A stretch of 63,804 bases of DNA, filler included. It is 14 parts of 14 records of this genome, joined end to end, with 100 filler letters (N's around TTAATTAATTAA, not from the genome) between each part and the next. Parts side by side here need not be neighbours in the genome. Positions count along the whole stretch, not along the records: positions 54,887 to 60,653 come from SRR15195285_794; positions 60,754 to 63,804 come from SRR15195285_816; 12 more parts are not named here. One strand, 5' to 3'. Made by a program: the position numbers and the translations under genes. Under the pieces are notes generated by a model. The model searched no databases and was not told where the DNA came from. It was given only the letters and a program-made list of their open reading frames with translations. The number at the start of each line of letters is the position of its first letter. Position 1 is the first letter of the stretch. This document shows positions 57,901 through 63,804 of this stretch, in pieces.

Positions 57901-60489
57901 CTTGACAGCCTGCTCAAACTGCTTCATCGCGTCGTCATCGTCACCACGAAGCAACGCAGCCCAGCCCATGCGGTTGAAAAGCTCGGCGCAGTACAATCCA
58001 TCCGCAGATCTTGATATGGCCTCCTTGTACTTTGCGCAGGCTTTGCTGTACGCCTCTTGCTGAAACAAACGGTCGCCTTCCTGTACAACTTCTCTCGTCG
58101 TTGGGCCTGCAAGCTGGGTATAAGTCCAGCGCTTAATTGACTCCCAGCATCCGGGCGGGGCCCCTTGTAGCATATCGAGGACATCCTCCGGCGCGACTCG
58201 GGATGCTGCTTTGTGTCGCTGTTGTAATGTCTTGAATCGTCGATGGGCGAACCACGCCTCTGCGGTTCCGAAGAGCACTCCGCCGCTCAATAGAATGATT
58301 TGCCCCGTCGGAATCAAAGTGCAGGTCTCCAGCCTTGGCACAAACCTTAACCAGGGCGACGATTTTGGCCGTGCCCCCAGTGCCGCGACATCTTCACTTC
58401 CCCAGCTACCTTCTTCCTGCCCACCCCCGCTACCAGCGGCATTAGCTACTGGTGGGGCTGCTCCCCATTCGCAGATGGCGGCTCCAGCTTCGACTAATGT
58501 CGCACCGACAGTAATCCAGGCAAGTGCCGACGCTAATCGCCACGTGCGCCTACCTATGGGCTTGTCGTTATCGCTTCGGCAGCTCATGTACGCGAATAGA
58601 ATGAAACGAAGAGTAGCTAGCCAGGCCACGTCGGCAGATGCACCGCCTGCTTCACCTGGGACACTTGGTGCGGCCCAGTGCAGGTTTATCTGCGGCCCGT
58701 CAAACCAGCACAGAAATCTTCCAGAGGAAATTGTTCCCTCTTCCGTGACTGTCTTGCAGTGAGTGACAGAAGTCCAGGTCAGCCACACACCCAGACACTC
58801 TAACACAAGCACTATAACCAGTATCCGCTCCTTGCGCAACCCATTGCGCCGCCGCTGCTCCAGATGTGACAACGACAGCAGAAGTGTGGCCACGAGAATG
58901 TTGCCCCCGATCGATGTCGCAACCAGACCAAGTAAGGCAACTGTCCACTCGGATGAGTGAGCGTACATTGCGCGCTGCGCTACCTTGACGACCAGTGCAG
59001 TGAGACACAAAATGACTAGGCATGCTGCGATCTTCCATACGATACCCCACGGCGCGACACGACCTTCTGATCGGTCGTTGGCAAGCACCTCACCAGGCTC
59101 GCGTATCGCAACTGAGACGTCCGCACGCGCGGCATCGTCTGGCGGCGACTCGTTTTGTATTGGCGGCTTTGAGCCCAGTAAGTTCTTCAGTGGCGGTGCA
59201 GGGATATACGTGGGTAACTCCGTAAGGCTCCACAGCTCATCAGTGAATCCAAGCGTCGGGTCGGTCCACAGGACCTTGATGGAATGACTCCGACGCAGGC
59301 CCAATTCCCTTGCGATTTTCTCCTCCAACTCAGGCACAGTGCACACAGTCAGTGTCATCGTAAGCATCCCTGCATCGTCTTCGAACATTCGCTTCGGGTC
59401 GACAAACAACGGCGCGAGACGGTCATCCTCGGAGGACACGCGAAGGTGCAGCACTTGTTTACCCTGAACCCGGCCGTAATGCCGCGCCCAAACTACCAGT
59501 AGAAGCACAGTGTTTCGCGCCCAGCACAGTACCAGCACATCAATTAGTGAGGTCGTGAAGTTGTAGTACTGCAGCGTGTCCAGGCCAGCGAAGGACTTCA
59601 GCGAGAATCTCGGAGGTTCCCACCAGCAGAAGACGTTGGTTGGGAAGCCGTCATCATCGTCACACTGCGTAATCGAAAACCAGCCACACAGGGCGAAGAG
59701 GACATCGGCACTTGCTATGACTGCGAGCATGATCGTCGCCCGACGATTCAGCGCGTGTCGCCGTATCGCGGCTTCCATAGATGGAGGCACCCAATCTGCC
59801 TCCTCTTCCTCCTCTGTCTTCATAATCTTGGCCGTGGGCTTGACCAGCCATTCGTGGTGCTCTTCCGAGTGTGCGGGGATGAGCTGGAATCGCTCAGGCT
59901 CGGCAGCTGTGTCGTCATGAGCACCACCGACATCACCTGAGGTATCGGATCTGTCGGTCGCCTGCCCTCCCTGCGGCTGCTGCGCGGCGGGCAGCGGCGC
60001 AGCCATTCCTTGCTGCAGCGAGACGGCGTGCGCAGCCCGGACGTTGCCAACGAGCAGGTGGCGAGCAACCAGTGTGCCCAGCGTAGGGAGCAGCCTCTCC
60101 GTTTCACACACCTTACCCCATGCCAGGCGCTGCCGGGCCACGGCTAGGCGCCGATGCAGCGCTGCGCTCGGCGCCAGGTACTTTTCCTGGATGACAGCGA
60201 GCAGAGCCTCCTCCTCCCCGACCCACTCCTGCTCCAACAGCACATCGATGTCACCGTCTAGCTTCCTTGGGTTGTGCACCGCGTAGATTTCTGCAATCCG
60301 CTCTCGTACTTCCGCCGTGTCGATCGACGGCTCCGGCTCTGGCTCCGGCTCCACGAGTTGCATCGAAAAGTCCAGCTGCCGTTGAATCTGCCACTCTCCC
60401 GACAGCCGTGAGTCCTCGCCGCCCTCCTGCATCTCCTGCTCCACGGCGTCACCACGCCCATCCAGCCCGCCCCGCGTATGCCCCAGCAT
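54991..60489 (-). CDS. large membrane protein: two MENTAL-like 4-TM units, TPR repeats, WW domain, disordered tail with RPxSA repeats
   Basis: 1832-aa intronless ORF. YNFTTSLIDVLVLCWARNTVL resembles the STARD3 MENTAL YNFKTSFFDIFVLAFFRF. TPR-like EGDRLFQQEAYSKACAKYKEAI and SRYNLATLL. WW-like LPSGWKPHISESSGRTVFVNQVTGAQQYETP. Confidence 0.75.
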   Translation of the reverse strand: MLGHTRGGLDGRGDAVEQEMQEGGEDSRLSGEWQIQRQLDFSMQLVEPEPEPEPSIDTAEVRERIAEIYAVHNPRKLDGDIDVLLEQEWVGEEEALLAVIQEKYLAPSAALHRRLAVARQRLAWGKVCETERLLPTLGTLVARHLLVGNVRAAHAVSLQQGMAAPLPAAQQPQGGQATDRSDTSGDVGGAHDDTAAEPERFQLIPAHSEEHHEWLVKPTAKIMKTEEEEEADWVPPSMEAAIRRHALNRRATIMLAVIASADVLFALCGWFSITQCDDDDGFPTNVFCWWEPPRFSLKSFAGLDTLQYYNFTTSLIDVLVLCWARNTVLLLVVWARHYGRVQGKQVLHLRVSSEDDRLAPLFVDPKRMFEDDAGMLTMTLTVCTVPELEEKIARELGLRRSHSIKVLWTDPTLGFTDELWSLTELPTYIPAPPLKNLLGSKPPIQNESPPDDAARADVSVAIREPGEVLANDRSEGRVAPWGIVWKIAACLVILCLTALVVKVAQRAMYAHSSEWTVALLGLVATSIGGNILVATLLLSLSHLEQRRRNGLRKERILVIVLVLECLGVWLTWTSVTHCKTVTEEGTISSGRFLCWFDGPQINLHWAAPSVPGEAGGASADVAWLATLRFILFAYMSCRSDNDKPIGRRTWRLASALAWITVGATLVEAGAAICEWGAAPPVANAAGSGGGQEEGSWGSEDVAALGARPKSSPWLRFVPRLETCTLIPTGQIILLSGGVLFGTAEAWFAHRRFKTLQQRHKAASRVAPEDVLDMLQGAPPGCWESIKRWTYTQLAGPTTREVVQEGDRLFQQEAYSKACAKYKEAISRSADGLYCAELFNRMGWAALLRGDDDDAMKQFEQAVKYNGLCIHSRYNLATLLLQRKDEESTSSAEMHLRKALAPNAAVTAGGSEKDAENLRAKVSVNLACVLSSQGQVKEAAAMLRQLLQTVPDHQLASTNLALLLLNSSSSAEEIEDGEHQTPPAAQGDDTKGTLGASAELEEACALLRRLCVMYPGSPEVHHCLAAALHRQALAIEPVSEAAHDHTEAVKRKLIDEAITNYTQCAHLQEGYKRRAEGDGRGGKFRAGAYAGQLRVGTLNTGWKLGVWELNEEAAHGRAAVLASLGLAVSARRAPGWKGRSIFCHRTALQLYPDYLVPSMELAELMPPGSAAQEIQLRHVLSLDSQHTQANNLMARAHAKRGERQVASHYYEHAGPESDMAANAKLPSMDQSMLSQLTYRGAGATSGYGVRRPSSAMAERYADASNVARAAALPQELQPPKRPYSARPSMRRVAEQERAAAESATVQSSTQAEARRRKAAKARGEIVEEASLLQKMFAAGVDSRAKLPSGWKPHISESSGRTVFVNQVTGAQQYETPTEAALRPRSATRQPDYTQDGYGGQHPAGYGSDVFVKGRPLSAAATTSVRQSERSAAEMAAVAARPHSAGHLRHEAVDLHNPPASLGFENEHAYKLPRRPLSAELFAHGRKDPVVKATTEERVRQLKAEAGAGFRGRALWARDAHSIGMGSPGPVHSPPPPGAKRQSTSLPEQPEAGAGIVDIYSGSPEHPTPRGASPPGVVRSASGTDRTDRPMSAGSWGGTLTTLSPELSSFTRPRSASPSAGVEQSSGTAVSIGAAAYEPSQRVQQVVSEPGKRQPAASYPSVPDAAGGKIPEEETWAPAHGHRNAFLVRDEVAATASWVNPNNENALPDPVRSQLMAMQMPHEEPALLRNELAQRRARPASAGPVPASTHAHRATPPVVVSRPLSAAARRSTKRSKSTDVFHDSGVGTSSSVSNDGRRPSSASTARSVALGGVSFPVSHVATVSNLMSSAKPTD

Positions 60490-60653
60490 GCCTCAGGTCC
60501 GGCCATCTGCCGGTGGGCAGTTAGTGTAGGCCCCCATCAAACGGCGGACCTGGCTCTTCGCGGATCGCCAACCGTTGTTCCGCGCCAGCCAACCGGATAG
60601 AGTCCACAGGCAGGAACTTCCTATCAGGACCCTGCACAGGCACTATTTTGCAA

Positions 60654-60753
60654 NNNNNNNNNNNNNNNNNNNNNNNNNNNNNNNNNNNNNNNNNNNNTTA
60701 ATTAATTAANNNNNNNNNNNNNNNNNNNNNNNNNNNNNNNNNNNNNNNNNNNN
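60654..60753. other. artificial contig linker
   Basis: 44 N + TTAATTAATTAA + 44 N. Confidence 0.99.
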
Positions 60754-61110
60754 GGCCGGACTTGTGATTAATACACATGATTCCCTGTCGCATGAGATAT
60801 CCTGTATATAAGTAATGAGACTCACTGATAAATGCATGCGAGACACTGGGTTGTTACAGCATCCCTGATATTGAATCCTGACCCAGCCTGTCCGCTCGCC
60901 GGGGTGAGCTCCTCGCGGAACGCGGTGGCCGGTGCGCGGTGGCCCGCCGGTGAAGCCATCTGCTCGCCGGCTGGTCGGTTGTCTCGTCTCGACCGCGGTG
61001 CTGTTGGTCGAGCTCGGGCTGCTACAGTACAGGGCTGGCTGGCTGGGACGGAGCGCGCTGTCGCCTGAGCCGGAGTCGGGTATACTGCGACCGGCGCGTT
61101 TGGTCCCGCG

Positions 61111-63249
61111 ATGGGGCTGGGTGCTGCGGGGGTGAGCTCGGTTCTGCTGCGTGGTGCAGCAGCGATGGTGCTGCTTGGAGCTCCCGTGCTCGCGCCGAAC
61201 TCGAACACGACAGCACAGCTCGGCCTGCAGCCCGGTGGCTCGGACATGGGGCCTGTCGCTGTGCCACTGCCCGTGACGGCTGACATGCTCAGCTACCAGA
61301 GCATGGCGCTGGTCGCGATGGTGGTTACCATCGGTGCCGCGGGGGGCATCGGCGGCGGCGGCGTGCTCGTGCCGGTGCTGATGATCTCTGAGAACATTGG
61401 GCCTCACGGTGCGATCCCGATGTCAAAGCTGACGATTTTTGGCAGCGCTGTGTGCCAGCTGGCCTTGAACTCAAGGAAACGCCACACGCTCGACCCGAAG
61501 CGTCCGCTGATTGACTACGACACGACGCTCATGCTGGAGCCTGCGACTCTGCTTGGCACTGTGTACGGTGTGCTCCTCAACCGGATGACCCCTCGATGGA
61601 TCATCGCAACGCTCTTGATGCTGTTCCTTGCAATCACTGCCTTCCGAACTTTGGCCAAGGGCCGCAAGTTGTTCAAGATTGAGTCGGGGCTTTCGCCGCG
61701 AAGCCGTGGCAACATGGGTAGGCCAGCCGACAGCAGTAGTAATGAATCCGCTGAGGTGGAAACTACCGCCGAAGCTGTCGAACACACGGGGCGCGCCCCA
61801 TCGGTTCCGTGGAGAATCGTTATGCAGCTTCTTGCCGTGTGGTGCGCTGTTTTCACAGCGGCTTTGCTCCGGCGGACGGACACTGCCGACTGTGGCAGTG
61901 TTTTGTACTGGGGCGTGCTCGTCGCTCTCACTGTGTTCATCGCAGTGCTGTCGCGTGGTGCGTGGTGTTGTCTCCTCCTGTGGTGTTGCGCACTCACTTC
62001 TGTGGAACTCCTCACTATAATCTCTTGCCATGTTGCACAGTCAATGGCCTTGATCTGTTGAAGCGCCAGCAGCAGGTTGGCTACACCTATATGCAAGGGG
62101 ATGTGAAATGGGACTCCGAGAACGTGATGCGCCTTCCGGTACCTGCTCCGAACAGTTTGTGCAGAGGAAAGAAACCGTCGATTTTGATTTGATTCTGATA
62201 ACTACTACCTGTGCGGATGTCTTGCTGCTTGTGCAGATTCTCTGCGTTTTTGCAGGGGTTCTGGCTGGCATGCTTGGGGTGGGCGGTGGGATGGTCATGC
62301 AGCCGCTCATGCTCGAGCTTGGCCTGCTGCCCGACGTCTGTGCAGCCACGGCAGCCTTCATGATGCTTTTCACAGCATCATCCACGACACTGCAGTTTAC
62401 CCTCAACGGGATGCTCGACTGGGAGCGCAATATTGCTCTGCCTATGATTGGCGTGGTGGGTGCCGCGATAGGCTCTTGTGTAATCGGTCGCCTGGTTGCG
62501 CACTACAACCGCTTGTCCTTGATAGTCTTTCCTGTTTCCATTATCATGGGTATCTCCTTTTTCTTAATGGTACGCGAGCAGATGCACGCCTACACGCAGT
62601 GTGTGCCCGCAGACCAACACCCGTGTGACTTTGTGCGCTTCTCATCTTTGCTGAATCTTGCGTTTGCTTGTTTTGGGGCGGGCGATATCCAATGCATCCA
62701 TACGGCATAGGGCTATACAACCCTTCACGACCTACGGTTGCATGGCGCGGGCAGCTTTCACGGACCTTGCGATAATATGAACGATGCATACAATGTTTCC
62801 ATGCCAAAACCCGGGCGATACAACGTATCTGCCATACTTGATGACGCTGGGAAGCTCGAGACACTACCGGACTGGGAGGTCAGGAGCGAGGCCAACTAGT
62901 CTCTGCAAAACAGTGTCACTTGCGCGATGTTTTCATGCTTTATATGAATCCTTGCCTGTGTCGACTGACACTTATACTGCCTGTGATGCAGATTGTGTCC
63001 GTGGTTGTACTTGTGACATCGGTCCTGTTCTGGCACTTTTATCGGTACCTTTCCCGGCAATGCGAGTCCTTGCACCACCGTGATGCAGCACGTGGCGAGC
63101 CACTTCCACCAGCGGAACAATCTGTTCATGACGCGCATGCCGACAACAATGGGATGGTGGAGAACAAAGACTTTGATGAGGGCAATTCAAATCAGGTGCC
63201 GTCACGCGATAGTGAAGCTGAAACAACTCGCTTGATCGGACACGTGTAG
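61111..63249 (+). CDS. TauE/SafE (TSUP) family sulfite exporter-like membrane protein (multi-exon)
   Basis: GAAGGIGGGGVLVP, AIPMSKLTIFG, PLIDYDTTLMLEPATLLGTVYGV, AGMLGVGGGMVMQPLMLELG, AATAAFMMLFTAS; GT-AG introns. Confidence 0.9.
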
Positions 63250-63804
63250 AGGACTGCCACCCATTGCAAATGCAGCAAATTCGATCCAATTTGTTCACTG
63301 GCCCACCACGCGACGGGTAATGTTTCTCACAGTTCAGTATCTTTTCTCTCCTGACTCTCCACGAGTTCGGTACTAGTATCTTTTCTCGAGTTGAGAGTCT
63401 AGAGAGAAAGATCTGACGGTTCCACGGGTCGTCTTGAGCGCGGTGACTTCGGCTTCGTCGATAATATGGAACCGAAGGCGTGCCGAGATTAGACGCACCA
63501 ATAGCACCTTGGTACGTGGTGGAGATAGTACGTGGTGGTTGGTTCCTGGTGCTGTCTGTCGGGACATCTGCACGTCGAATCGGGCGCACACAACCCAGTA
63601 GACTCCGATGGACAATCCTTGGGTGACACACAAACCCACGAGCAATCTAGCGCGTGTGATTTGATTGCCGCGGGCACTTGCCCTGCGAAGCACTCACATG
63701 TCCGCTCGGAAGAATAGGTTGTTCACTATCAACCCGTCCTTCTTGCGTATGTTACCTGATCGATAACTTGCCGCGAATGACACCGGGCATAAGGCCCTTA
63801 TGCC

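Noticed and set aside
55016-60286. Many antisense and overlapping ORFs of 60-250 aa opposite long genes
   Set aside because: Expected shadow ORFs in GC-rich coding DNA; none has a recognisable motif.
6936-60753. 13 identical N44-TTAATTAATTAA-N44 elements that look like a regularly spaced repeat
   Set aside because: Artificial contig-joining linkers with stops in all six frames; not biological. ORFs ending in XXXLIN are artefacts of them.
1-63804. rRNA, tRNA or introner-like repeated introns
   Set aside because: No rRNA-like or cloverleaf sequence recognised by eye and the introns examined do not resemble one another; tRNAscan/Infernal and a self-alignment would be needed to exclude them formally.

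Overview
This window is not one locus. It is 14 short (about 3-7.5 kb) eukaryotic contigs joined by 13 artificial 100-bp linkers (44 N + TTAATTAATTAA + 44 N), so gene neighbourhood is only meaningful within a contig. The DNA is GC-rich and gene-dense with short GT-AG introns, as expected for a unicellular eukaryote SAG/MAG; a heterotrophic protist is an inference and the taxon cannot be fixed from the sequence. Carbohydrate-related genes: GH92 alpha-1,2-mannosidase head-to-head with a GH27, a second GH27, a secreted GH-like/CBM protein next to aldose 1-epimerase, a GH31 C-terminus, an intron-containing heparinase II (PL21)-like lyase and a His-brace LPMO-like protein. Other genes: MLO-like protein with EF-hands, USP47-like C-terminus, AI-2E-type transporter with EF-hands, cathepsin B-like peptidase, C2/EF-hand/GYF_2 protein, GAF protein, SppA, beta-propeller lactonase, a putative novel Zn-finger protein, a WWE-SLOG(TRPM-like)-RRM-UBL protein, a pentameric ligand-gated channel fragment, a UBZ-sirtuin, a MENTAL-like/TPR/WW protein and a TauE/SafE exporter, plus a probable viral primase-helicase remnant. 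Most notable: (1) a single polypeptide apparently combining Skp1-like, F-box-like, cullin-repeat-like and Skp1 modules; (2) the WWE+SLOG protein; (3) an LPMO-like protein with Trp at the axial position; (4) a eukaryotic PL21; (5) palindromic TACTAGATCTAG/TATTCGAATA motifs in GTAC-rich tracts that recur upstream of genes on unrelated contigs. All domain calls come from reading motifs by eye; no searches were run.
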